Made by a program: the position numbers and the translations under genes. The notes under the pieces are model-generated. The model was not told where the DNA came from, did not search any database, and saw only the letters and a list, made by a program, of their open reading frames with translations. This document shows positions 40,798 through 51,405 of a DNA stretch of 64,000 nucleotides, piece after piece; within the stretch, counting starts at the first letter, position 1, and the number at the start of each line of letters is the position of its first letter. Source of the DNA: Candidatus Heimdallarchaeum endolithica (GTDB lineage: Archaea > Asgardarchaeota > Heimdallarchaeia > Heimdallarchaeales > Heimdallarchaeaceae); NCBI GenBank assembly GCA_021513715.1, contig CP084167.1, forward strand, positions 448,001 through 512,000, given 5' to 3'.

Positions 40798-41820
40798 AGT
40801 ATGTCCAAAAATTCTTTTTCACCTACTGAACGGTCCGAAGGAGTAATAGGTAGTTGTAACAGAGAAGAGAACTATAAAACGTAGAGAGAATGGTAGAGGG
40901 TAAGAGATCAAGGATTGGGGGAAGAGAGAGTTTGAGAAGACTAAACCAAAGACATGTTCAATGCTACTACGATACTCGGGATGATGATTATGATAGACGA
41001 TAGAGACCAGAGTAAAGACGATGAGCTTGAATTATTGGTCCGAGCGGAGGAGGAGAGGGATAACGAGCATTACTTTTTGGGGGAATAAAAAATAACTGGA
41101 AAAAAAGAATGTTGGCTAAGAAGATCGACAATATTTTCTGTCTAGTAGGCACAGTAACCATAGAATCGCAAGAAAGGTCTAAAGAGTGCAGAAGGAAGTT
41201 TCTGCCAGAGTAAACCGAAGACTTTACTATCGTGAGTATTACTAGCAGAATGAGCGAGAGAGACTATAGCTCGAGAGGGTAAACCAACTATAAGGTGTAT
41301 CTTCCAGAAAAGTTTAGTTGGGAGGTTTTCTTTAGTGTCCCTCTTGACCATTTGAGAAAACGCCAAACAGAAGCTTGACGAATTTTAAACCCTGAACTAT
41401 CCACTGCCATAGCTTTCAACCCTTTTTTTCTCACTATTTCTCCCCCTAAATCTATTATCCACTGCTCTAAGATTTTACTTTCTGTCGCTCTCCGCACAGC
41501 ATGAAAAGTAGATTTGAAAGGAGTTTTTCTCATCCACCCCTCTTCTATCAAAAAAACGCATAGAGACAACTTTTCTTCTAACTTCCTCCAAGCTATCCCT
41601 TCTATTCTTGCAATGATTGCTATTGTTATTACTACCCATCTTTCTGCTATTCTCTTTCTCCCTCTCTTACATTTTCTCGTTTCCTCTTTTACCAGTTTCT
41701 TAAGGAAAGGTTCATTAATGATTGTGAATTCTCTTACTTTATGGGGGTCTATGATCTGAAAGTAAGTCATAATTCCGACATAAACCCCCATCTTAATAAA
41801 AATTAATTTTTGGACATGCT
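40798..41820 (-). mobile_element. IS5-like DDE insertion sequence with frameshifted transposase
   Basis: Terminal inverted repeats AG(T/C)ATGTCCAAAAATT; TTA on both flanks (40795-40797 and 41821-41823) as a putative TSD; transposase pieces AVDSSG (41288..41791), KIHLIV...HDS (41142..41366) and YRSSIEHVF further downstream. Confidence 0.82.
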
Positions 41821-42094
41821 TTAAAAATAACCATATTTAATAATCTAAACAAAGGATAGTTAGTTAATACTTTATTTTAGATCTTTAAAAAGTATAATAA
41901 TAAATCATCTTGCATTGATATTGCATTTTTCTTTCCTACAGTGATTATGTAACAGTTTAATTTCCTCATACTTAAACTATAATCCTAACACCATCAAAAT
42001 AAGCAGATAATGAATTCCCAAAATCAAGTTTCGCGAAAACTTATATATGAAGTTGTTTTTATTATTTATTGATAAACTATAATTAGGTGATTGT

Positions 42095-43231
42095 TTGAAA
42101 AAGAACAAAAGTATATCGGTAATATTTATTTTATGCTTTTTGATTTTTTCGGCAAATAATTACCAAAAATTATTTGCTGAAATAGACGTTTCTAACAATT
42201 TAAACACTAAAACAAACACTAATTCTTCCTCCTTTCAAAATAAAATTTCTAAGAAATATGTTTCTTCCTCAATAATATATACAAGCCATCTAGCAATCGA
42301 AAACGTTAGCATCTCTTATTCTGTGAAATCACTATCTGCTCCAAATATCGTATGTGATAATGGTACTCTCATTACTTTAACTGGAATAAAAATTGTGTTT
42401 ATACTCCTGACAACGTTCAGTGGTGGTCCAGAAGGTGTAACCTTGAACACTACATTCTATTTTGAATTTGGTGACGGTAATACTAAGACAATCGAAACAG
42501 GATCATTAAATTGGCCAATGTTTGTATATACCTACAATTCATCAGGGGTATTTGACTTATATGTTTCTGCAACTTACAATGAAAAAACAGTTACAGATAC
42601 GGGACAAATTATTATTTTAGAAGATACTCAACCACAATTTACATTTGTACCCGATACTAAAACTATTTACAGATACGTAACTCAAGGAAATTTTGATCAA
42701 ATAGAGGAAATTGACCCTATAGAAGATTATCCTACAGCAGACTATCCAAGAGACGTGTTTTTTGAATATAGCGGACAAGAAGGAAATTATCCACTGGACT
42801 TTTACGTTGAATTTACAATTAGAAATAAAACTACTAAAGAAATTCTAGAAGATGAATTTGGGAATGAATTTCAAGTTTATGGAGGTATTTCTGTCTCATC
42901 GAAAGCAGAGTTTGAAGAAAAAGTGAAAAAATTGTCCCTTAATGAGACATATAATTTATTTGGTTTTGGATTTAACGATATTTTCTCAGGTGATGTAGAG
43001 GAACTTTATTCGCTTTATGGACAGATGAACAAAGAATTAAATGTGGAAATAGAATATACATTTGAAATCATCGACTGGGATGGGGAAGAAGCAAATGTAA
43101 CAGGAAGTATTCAACTAGTGATTGTCTATATTGCTCCACAAGGAATAACTTCACAATTTTTACTTTTAGCTCCTTTAACATTAGGTTTAATAACCTTTTT
43201 AATTAAAATAAGGCGTAAAAAAAAGAAATAA
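42095..43231 (+). CDS. PKD-domain cell-surface protein with C-terminal TM anchor
   Basis: Signal peptide; FYFEFGDG...YTYNSSGVFDLYVSA PKD motif; TM followed by RRKKKK. Confidence 0.75.
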   Translation: MKKNKSISVIFILCFLIFSANNYQKLFAEIDVSNNLNTKTNTNSSSFQNKISKKYVSSSIIYTSHLAIENVSISYSVKSLSAPNIVCDNGTLITLTGIKIVFILLTTFSGGPEGVTLNTTFYFEFGDGNTKTIETGSLNWPMFVYTYNSSGVFDLYVSATYNEKTVTDTGQIIILEDTQPQFTFVPDTKTIYRYVTQGNFDQIEEIDPIEDYPTADYPRDVFFEYSGQEGNYPLDFYVEFTIRNKTTKEILEDEFGNEFQVYGGISVSSKAEFEEKVKKLSLNETYNLFGFGFNDIFSGDVEELYSLYGQMNKELNVEIEYTFEIIDWDGEEANVTGSIQLVIVYIAPQGITSQFLLLAPLTLGLITFLIKIRRKKKK

Positions 43232-43448
43232 AAATTTTTACTCTTTTTTCTTTTTTTATTTCATTTTTTTGACATCAAATGCAAAAAATTCGTTAAAGGA
43301 GAAGCAATAAAAAACGAATAAATAGGAATTTTTCAAAAATATTTTTCTCAAGGAAATTCCTATTACTGACATAATTTCTATGAAGATAGTGAATCTCTAT
43401 AAAGTAAATTGAATACATTGACATTCCAAAAAATGATACATTAGAAAT

Positions 43449-46400
43449 CTAACTCATGCTTTCTTCCAAATGACTCCAAGTATATCCTTTCTTTTCTTTT
43501 ACTATTTCTTCTGGTTTTCCTTCCGAGATTATGTACCCTCCCATTTTTCCTCCTTCTAGACCTAAATCTATTACATAATCTGCTTGTTTTATCAAATTCA
43601 TTTCGTGATCAATTAGAACCACGCTGTTTCCCTTATTAACCAATCTATGAAGAATTGTAATTAGTTTTTCTAAATCAAATAAGTGTAATCCTTGAGACGG
43701 TTCATCTAAAATATAAATACTATTTCCATAGGTTCTTTTCGATAGCTCTCTTACAATTTTTAATCTTTCAGCTTCCCCACCGCTTATTGTTGTTGTTGGT
43801 TGACCCATTTTCAGATAACCTAAACCTGCTTCTACAGCTAATTTTAATGGAGCACTTATTTTTTCTAGATCTTTAAATAACTCATAAGCTTCTTCAATTG
43901 TCATCTCAAGAATATCAGAGATAGATTTTTGTTTGTACCTTACTGATAGAACTTTTTTGTTATATCTTTTACCCTTGCAAACAGGACAAGTTAGCCATAC
44001 ATCAGATAAGAAAAGTAATTCTACCTTCTTTTGCCCTAATCCTTTACATTCTGGGCATTGTCCTTTTTTTACATTAAAACTAAAATGAGCAGAGCTCATA
44101 CCTCTATTTCTTGATTCAGGTAGTTCAGCATAAAACTTTCTTATTTCATCAAAAACCCCTAAATAAGTTGCTGGAGTTGAACGAACAGATTTACTCATTG
44201 CAGATTGATCTACAGCAATAACTTTTTTGATATCTTCAAAACCTTTAATTTCTTTATGTTTTCCTGCTTCTATCTTCTTTTTAGAAATTTTTTTCTCTAA
44301 AGCTTTTTGTAAAGTATCTATAACCAAAGAAGATTTACCCGCACCTGATACTCCAGAAACAGCAGTAATAATTCCCTTTCCAAACTTTGCTGTAATATTT
44401 TTAAGATTATTTTCTTGTGCTCCTACTAAAGTTATATTTTCTGAAGTTTTTCTTCTTTTAGTAGGCGTTTTTATTTTCTTCTTGCCATAAATATAGCTAC
44501 CAGTAAGAGAAGATTCGCTTTTAAGAACCTCATTGGTTGAACCAAAGTTAATTATTTCTCCTCCTTCTTCTCCTCCCCTTGGTCCTAATTCAATTATATA
44601 ATCAGACTCTTTAATTATTGTATCGTCATGTTCTACTACTATTACGTGATTGCCATTTTCTTTTAATTTCTTCATGGTGTCTAATAGCCTGTTAATGTCT
44701 CTTGGATGTAAACCAATAGTGGGTTCGTCTAAGCAATAAGTTACCCCTATTAATCCACTTCCTATTTGAGAAGCTAAGCGTATTCTTTGTGCTTCTCCAT
44801 TGGATAATGTACTTGCTCTTCGATCAAGAGATAAATATTCTAACCCTACATCTACTAAATATTGTGCTCTTTTCTTTAATTCGGAAAGGATTCGCTCTGC
44901 TATTTTCGACCTTCTTTTATTTAATTTTATATTATTCAGAAATATAAGAAAGTCTTTAACTGAATATTTTGTCAAATCTGTAATTGATTTGTTATTAATC
45001 GTAATAGCTAAAACTTCTGGTTTAAGTTTTTCTCCCTTACAGTCAGGGCAAAGATACTCTGAGTAATATTGGTTCATTTTTTCTTTATATTTTAGCGACC
45101 AAGTAGAATCAGTTTCAGATTTCATCCACTCATCCCAACGAGGAATTAACCCTTCCCATGGTTTTTCTCTAATATATTCTGATACAGATTTACGACTTTC
45201 TTGGCGATAAACTATTTCTACAATTTCGCCATCAGAACCATAAAATAAAGCATGTAGTTGTTGAGGAGTAAAATCTTTTAGAGGAGTAGAGAGAGTGAAT
45301 CCAAAGTGTTTTCCTACTGATTCTAACATACTTCTTCTCCAAGAATTAGGATTGCTCATTCTTTGTGCAGTGTAAGGACCTATTGCTCCTTCAATTATTG
45401 ATTTATTCCAATCTGTAACTATCTTTCTAATGTCAAATTTTCTGATCATTCCCAATCCTGTGCAAGTTGGGCAAGCTCCTGAATAGTGATTAAAACTAAA
45501 TAATCTTGGATGAATCTCTTCTGGGACTTCAATTCCATGCTCTAAACATTCAGCATTGAATGAATACCTTTTTCCTTTTTTATCTGTAGAATATACTTCT
45601 ATTCTCCCTTTTCCAAGTTCTCTAGCTATCTCTAATGAATCAACAAATCGCGTATCTTCAACTTTTGATAAATCTATTCTATCAATAACAACTGAAAGTG
45701 TTTTAACATCATCAATACTAAACTCTTCATCTAAATGGAACAGTTTCTCATTTAGTAAAATTCTTGTATATCCTTCTTTCTTCAGTTCTTTTACTATTTT
45801 AGCTATATCTACTCGCTCTCCATTTAATACAGAAGCAGCAAGGTATATTTTTTTATCATTGAACTCTTTTCTAATCAACTTTGCTATTTCTATTTCTGTT
45901 CTTCGTTTTAATTCAATAGAACATTTAGGACAATGAGGAATACCCACTTTTGCAAAAAGAAGACGAAGATAATCATATATTTCTGTAGTTGTAGCAACAG
46001 TGGAACGAGGATTATGTGATATAGAATGTTGATCTATTGCAATTGAAGGAGTTAAGCCTACTATTTCTTCTACTTCTGACCTTTCTGCACGATTTAAAAA
46101 CTGTCTAGCATAACTGCTCAAACTTTCTATGAATCTTCTTTGCCCTTCAGCAAATAATGTGTCAATAACTAAACTACTTTTTCCACTACCTGAAACTCCT
46201 GTAACAACTACAAGGTTATTTTTTGGTATAGTAAGATCAAGATTTTTCAAGTTGTTCTTTTTTGCTCCTTTTACATAAAGAAAACTACTAGGGTCTAATT
46301 CTTTATCTGATGTCGAGATAGAATCTTTACTTACTGTTTGTTCTTTTTCTAATTCTTTCCTTTCTCCTTCTAAAACCTTTTTTAAAGCTTGACCTGTATA

Positions 46401-49238
46401 TGACTCTTTAATTTGCACAATTTCTTCAGGAGTACCAAAAGCAACTAAGTATCCTCCTTTTTTTTCTCCTCCTTCAGGACCTAAATCAATGATATAATCT
46501 GCAGTTTTTATTACATCGAGCTGATGTTCTATAACAAGTACAGTGTTTCCTTTATCAACTAATTCTTGTAAAACTTTAATTAATTTCTTTATATCTTCAA
46601 AACTTAAACCTGTAGTTGGTTCATCTAAAATATAGAGAGTGTTACCAGTAGCTCTTTTGGATAATTCTCTACTCAATTTTATTCTCTGTGCTTCTCCTCC
46701 AGAGAGTGTTGTAGAAGACTGACCTAATTTTATGTAATCTAAACCAACAGCTTCAAGAGTTTTGAGTATTCTAACAATTTTAGGTTGGTTCTCAAAAACA
46801 TTTAGTGCTTCACTGACAGTCAAGTTAAGTATATCTGCAATAGAAAATCCTTTGTACTTAATTTTAAGTGTTTCATCATCATATCTTTTTCCTTTACAAA
46901 TTTCACACTCTACCTCAACATCAGGTAAAAGAGACATTTCTATAGTGTTAAAACCTTTTCCTTGACAAGCTTCGCATCTACCAGGGCTGTTATTAAAACT
47001 AAATCTAGTTTTTGTATATCCTCTTAATTTAGCTGTTGGAAGAGAAGAAAATAAGTCTCTAATAGGGTCAAGCATCTTTGTGTAAGTTGCAGGATTTGAG
47101 CGTGTAGTTCTTCCTATAGGTAATTGATCAATAACAACTACTTTGTCGATATTCTCGACTCCTTTCAAAGTCTTAAATTTTCCTGCTTTTTGTTTTCCAT
47201 GGTGTAACTTATTTACTAAAGCAGGATAAAGAGTATCAGAAACTAAACTACTTTTACCGCTTCCAGAGACTCCAGTAACACATACAAATGTCCCTAAAGG
47301 TATCTTTACATCTATTTTCTTTAGGTTGTTGTGTTGAGCTCCTCTTAACTCGAGAAAAACATTACTTTTTCTTCTCTTTTTAGGAACTGGAATTGTGTCA
47401 AGATTTAGTAAATATCTTGCTGTAAAAGAGCGTTTGGCGTCTTTTTCAGTTATTTCACTAGGCTTTTTAGAAAAAAGTAACTCTCCACCTAAACTACCTG
47501 CTCGAGGACCTAAATCTATTAAAACATCTGCACTTTGCAAGGTGTCTTCATCATGTTCAACAACAATAACTGTGTTTCCACCATCACGTAGCGTCTTTAA
47601 AGAAGATAGAAGCTTTTCATTATCTCTATTTGCTAAACCAATACTAGGTTCATCTAAAACATAACTTACTCCTTGAAGTTTAGCTCCTATTTGAGTTGCT
47701 AATCTCGTTCTTTGAGCTTCTCCACCGCTTAAATCAACAGCACTACGATCTAAAGTAAGATAATGAAGACCTACCTCAATCAAAAAATATAATCTACTTA
47801 TGATTTCCCTAAGAAGAGGTTTAGCTATTTTTTTTTCCTCAGGAGAAAGATTTAAACTGTTAAAGAAATTATAACATTCTTCTATAGACATTTGATTAAG
47901 TTCAGCAATATTCTTTCCATGGAAAAGTACAGAAAGACTTTCATTTTTCAACCTTAGTCCTCGACAATCAGGGCAAGTTTGAAGTTCCATATATTGTTCT
48001 AAACGTTCTTTCATGCTCTTAGAAGACGTTCTGTAATAACCTGCCATTGTTGCTGGAATGAAACCTTTCCATTTTACATCAGATGTCCCGCGACCTTTCC
48101 AGACACTATCTTTTTCTCCCCATTTCCAATTAATGGTATACTCTTTACTTCCAGTACCATACATTAGAATATGTTTATGTTCTTCTGGTAAATCTTTCCA
48201 AGGAATAGAAATATTAATACCTAAATGTTTAGCAATCTGAGCAATAGAATTTTTGCTTAACCCTGTATAAGTGAAGTGATCTCCACTTTTCGTCTGTAAA
48301 GCTATTGCATGTTCTAATAAAGGCCTATCAGGATTAATAACTAGTTTTTCAGGAACGATTTGAGGGAGCTTACCTAGTCCTTTACATCTTGGACAAGCTC
48401 CAACAGAAGAATTATAAGAAAAATCTCTAGGATGAAATTCATTTACAGATAAACCACATTGTGGGCAAACAAGCTTATTAGAAAAAATTTTCTTTTCTTT
48501 TTCTCCAATAATCTTTACTTTTCCATCAGCTAGATCTAAACATAAATCTACACTATCACGGATACTAGCTTCATTTTTTCTTAAACATTTATTTCTATCA
48601 ATTATTATTTCAATATCATGAGCAACATATCTCTCTAATTTTGGCGTCCTTTCATCTAAATTTATCGCTTCTCCATCAATTATTAAACGAGTGAATCCTT
48701 CTCCTTTCCATTTAGCGAGTTCTTTCCTGTATTCACCTTTCCTTTGCTTAAACATAGGTGCAATAATCTTGATCTTTTGTCCTTCAAAAGAAGCAAATAT
48801 TTGATCAATAATTTGATCTGATGGTTGAGCATCTATTTTTACTCTACAAATAGGGCAGAGAGGAACACCAACTCTAGCAAAAAGAACACGCATATAATCA
48901 TATATTTCAGTTAAAGTACCGACAGTACTTCGAGGGTTCCTTGAGATTGTCTTTTGGTCAATAGAAATTGTAGGACGCAAACCTTCAATATGCTCTACAT
49001 CAGGGCGATCGAAATTACCTATAAATTGTCTAGCATAAGCAGACAAAGTTTCCATATATCTTCTCTGAGCTTCAGAAAAAATTGTGTTAAATGCTAAAGA
49101 ACTCTTACCACTTCCAGAAACGCCACTAATAACAACTAGTTTATCATGAGGAATAGAAATACTAACATCTTTCAAGTTATTTTCTCTAGCTTTAATAATT
49201 TTTATACTGTCCGTACTAACTGTCATATAATTATTCAC
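43449..49238 (-). CDS. uvrA: Excinuclease ABC subunit A, tandem-duplicated fusion (two complete UvrA units)
   Basis: 1929 aa; four Walker A motifs (GVSGSGKS x3, GVSGAGKS); four signature/LDEP sets; duplicated Zn fingers; the second unit begins near LYVKGAKKNNLKNL. Confidence 0.95.
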   Translation of the reverse strand: MNNYMTVSTDSIKIIKARENNLKDVSISIPHDKLVVISGVSGSGKSSLAFNTIFSEAQRRYMETLSAYARQFIGNFDRPDVEHIEGLRPTISIDQKTISRNPRSTVGTLTEIYDYMRVLFARVGVPLCPICRVKIDAQPSDQIIDQIFASFEGQKIKIIAPMFKQRKGEYRKELAKWKGEGFTRLIIDGEAINLDERTPKLERYVAHDIEIIIDRNKCLRKNEASIRDSVDLCLDLADGKVKIIGEKEKKIFSNKLVCPQCGLSVNEFHPRDFSYNSSVGACPRCKGLGKLPQIVPEKLVINPDRPLLEHAIALQTKSGDHFTYTGLSKNSIAQIAKHLGINISIPWKDLPEEHKHILMYGTGSKEYTINWKWGEKDSVWKGRGTSDVKWKGFIPATMAGYYRTSSKSMKERLEQYMELQTCPDCRGLRLKNESLSVLFHGKNIAELNQMSIEECYNFFNSLNLSPEEKKIAKPLLREIISRLYFLIEVGLHYLTLDRSAVDLSGGEAQRTRLATQIGAKLQGVSYVLDEPSIGLANRDNEKLLSSLKTLRDGGNTVIVVEHDEDTLQSADVLIDLGPRAGSLGGELLFSKKPSEITEKDAKRSFTARYLLNLDTIPVPKKRRKSNVFLELRGAQHNNLKKIDVKIPLGTFVCVTGVSGSGKSSLVSDTLYPALVNKLHHGKQKAGKFKTLKGVENIDKVVVIDQLPIGRTTRSNPATYTKMLDPIRDLFSSLPTAKLRGYTKTRFSFNNSPGRCEACQGKGFNTIEMSLLPDVEVECEICKGKRYDDETLKIKYKGFSIADILNLTVSEALNVFENQPKIVRILKTLEAVGLDYIKLGQSSTTLSGGEAQRIKLSRELSKRATGNTLYILDEPTTGLSFEDIKKLIKVLQELVDKGNTVLVIEHQLDVIKTADYIIDLGPEGGEKKGGYLVAFGTPEEIVQIKESYTGQALKKVLEGERKELEKEQTVSKDSISTSDKELDPSSFLYVKGAKKNNLKNLDLTIPKNNLVVVTGVSGSGKSSLVIDTLFAEGQRRFIESLSSYARQFLNRAERSEVEEIVGLTPSIAIDQHSISHNPRSTVATTTEIYDYLRLLFAKVGIPHCPKCSIELKRRTEIEIAKLIRKEFNDKKIYLAASVLNGERVDIAKIVKELKKEGYTRILLNEKLFHLDEEFSIDDVKTLSVVIDRIDLSKVEDTRFVDSLEIARELGKGRIEVYSTDKKGKRYSFNAECLEHGIEVPEEIHPRLFSFNHYSGACPTCTGLGMIRKFDIRKIVTDWNKSIIEGAIGPYTAQRMSNPNSWRRSMLESVGKHFGFTLSTPLKDFTPQQLHALFYGSDGEIVEIVYRQESRKSVSEYIREKPWEGLIPRWDEWMKSETDSTWSLKYKEKMNQYYSEYLCPDCKGEKLKPEVLAITINNKSITDLTKYSVKDFLIFLNNIKLNKRRSKIAERILSELKKRAQYLVDVGLEYLSLDRRASTLSNGEAQRIRLASQIGSGLIGVTYCLDEPTIGLHPRDINRLLDTMKKLKENGNHVIVVEHDDTIIKESDYIIELGPRGGEEGGEIINFGSTNEVLKSESSLTGSYIYGKKKIKTPTKRRKTSENITLVGAQENNLKNITAKFGKGIITAVSGVSGAGKSSLVIDTLQKALEKKISKKKIEAGKHKEIKGFEDIKKVIAVDQSAMSKSVRSTPATYLGVFDEIRKFYAELPESRNRGMSSAHFSFNVKKGQCPECKGLGQKKVELLFLSDVWLTCPVCKGKRYNKKVLSVRYKQKSISDILEMTIEEAYELFKDLEKISAPLKLAVEAGLGYLKMGQPTTTISGGEAERLKIVRELSKRTYGNSIYILDEPSQGLHLFDLEKLITILHRLVNKGNSVVLIDHEMNLIKQADYVIDLGLEGGKMGGYIISEGKPEEIVKEKKGYTWSHLEESMS

Positions 49239-49626
49239 TTAGAAGCCACTGGTAAGTGTAAAAAATGCCTAGATTTCAATATTTAAACTTGTATATTAAT
49301 CAAGAAATAAAAAATAAAGAAAGAATCAAAGTATTATTGTGAGATTAACTTGTATCGATAACTAGAATCTTGTACTTTTTAGCATAAATCTTACTCATAT
49401 AAAAAAAGAAAAAAGAATCAATTCTAGAAATAAGTCTTTTTGAATTCTTAGAATGAGAATAAACAAAGAGAATATTTAGAAATAAATAATTTCGTTCTCT
49501 TTTCTAAAGAAAAATTTCCATAATCAAAACTTTGAATTTGTATTTTCTATTTTAATATTAAAAAATCAAACGTTTCTAATTGAATAAAATTTATAATTTT
49601 TGATACTATTCATTTAATGGATAAAT

Positions 49627-50502
49627 ATGCTTTTCTTCAAAAAAATAAAACGAATAATTATACTTAAGAAGTTTTTCAATGTGCAGAATCAACAACTGAA
49701 CGAGTTTTTTGAAAAAACAGAAGAATTAAAACAAAAAAAAGTTTCAATTATAGACTTCAATAATACTTTGAATCCCATAATAGGTAAAATAAATCAAATT
49801 ATTGAAAATCATCCTAAAAGTAAAGTCCTGAAAAAAACTATGAAAAAAAGATGGTCTCGCTTATTATGGAAAAAAAAAGGTAATGCTAAAGAAATTGAAA
49901 AAACCCTTGTAAATATAACAATTATTTTAGATAAATTAGATAGTTCGATTTTCAAGAATTTTGAAGATGAAATAGATAACCTATTAGAAGACATAATGGA
50001 AGTAGATTATGCATATGACAAGTTAGATGAAATAAAACAAATGATCAACAATTTTGATACATTGCTTGAAAAAATGATTTCAATATTCAATTTTTATGCT
50101 TTACTAATTTCAAATGAAGCAATAAAAAATTTCGATGATTCCATTGAAAAAATAGAAAATGAGACTTTGAAATGGAAAACAGAAATAGATACATATGAAA
50201 TATTAAAAGAAGCTATTGAAGAAAGAGCAGAAAAAATAAACAGACTTAAAGTGTTTAATGATTTATTTGTTAAATTAGAAAATATAACCATCACAGAATT
50301 AATGGAAAAACTATACTTTGAAAATAGAGAAAATTTAGAAAAGTGGCTGTTAGAAAATATTCCAACAAACAATTTTACGATTGATGGTGAAATATTAAGT
50401 TTTAATAAAAAAGTAAGCAGAAATGAGATAGCTGAAGCAATAGACTCTTTACTAGAAGATTATGAAAAATGGATAAAACAAGGGATAGGAAAAAAGGTGT
50501 AA
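49627..50502 (+). CDS. Soluble coiled-coil protein with PCI-like winged helix and the IDxLL..W..GKK tail
   Basis: NITITELMEKLYFENRENLEKWLL...FTIDGEIL; ends IDSLLEDYEKWIKQGIGKKV. Confidence 0.75.
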   Translation: MLFFKKIKRIIILKKFFNVQNQQLNEFFEKTEELKQKKVSIIDFNNTLNPIIGKINQIIENHPKSKVLKKTMKKRWSRLLWKKKGNAKEIEKTLVNITIILDKLDSSIFKNFEDEIDNLLEDIMEVDYAYDKLDEIKQMINNFDTLLEKMISIFNFYALLISNEAIKNFDDSIEKIENETLKWKTEIDTYEILKEAIEERAEKINRLKVFNDLFVKLENITITELMEKLYFENRENLEKWLLENIPTNNFTIDGEILSFNKKVSRNEIAEAIDSLLEDYEKWIKQGIGKKV

Positions 50503-50533
50503 AAAACAAGTTGTAAATAAAACAAAAAGGAAA

Positions 50534-50932
50534 TTAGCGATCGTTAGAAATTAAACAATTAATTTTTTCTAAAATAGTTTTTAGTCTAAAGGGTTTTCTA
50601 ATATAATGTAAACCTAATTCTTCAATTTGACGCTGAATAGTACCTTGAAATGCTGTTATTGCTATAATTGGAAGATAAAAATTAGAGAGAATTATTCTAG
50701 AAGCCTCAATTCCGCTCATTTCTGGCATTTTAATATCCATCAATATAAGATCAGGTTTCCATTCATTTGCAATAGCCACAGCTTCTTTACCGTTCTTTGC
50801 CATTTTGATTTCAAAAGAATCTTTCAAGAATTCTTGAAAGATATTTCTTATATCCTCCTCGTCATCTGCTACAAGAATCTTCTTTGTAGGGTTGGAAAAA
50901 GTTGTAAGATTGTTTGATAAATTTAATAACAT
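50534..50932 (-). CDS. Single-domain response regulator (CheY-like receiver)
   Basis: ILVADDE, DLILMDIKMP, ITAF, KPF. Confidence 0.92.
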   Translation of the reverse strand: MLLNLSNNLTTFSNPTKKILVADDEEDIRNIFQEFLKDSFEIKMAKNGKEAVAIANEWKPDLILMDIKMPEMSGIEASRIILSNFYLPIIAITAFQGTIQRQIEELGLHYIRKPFRLKTILEKINCLISNDR

Positions 50933-51405
50933 AATATAATAACCTTATCTAAGAAAATTAAATTAACATAACTTAAAAGAACTAGTATATTACAAAAATA
51001 AGAAACTAGTGAAAAATGATTTAATTAACAAACTATTGTTAATCATGTTTTCTTATTCTTGAAACGCATTTCTGCCCTTCTATCTACCTGATACACCTTT
51101 GTTTCAAAAAGTATTTTTTACGTAAAAAATTTTTTCTATGGAAACTAGATCAACAATAAAAGAATGACTAAACATTACATAAGAAGAAGAACAATCTTTA
51201 GTAAATTCTTGGGATTTGAAACAGAAATAGAGTTTGAAAAATAGTTAATCTAAAATTATGTAAAAATGACAGAACTAGAAATGGAAGAAAATGTCTTGAT
51301 TAGTCATAAAAAAAGAAAAGACGAACATGAAAAAATATTCAAAAAATAAAACATTTTTTTGAAACTCTAAATTTATAAAAAAAAAGGAAATAGAGAAATT
51401 CTTTT

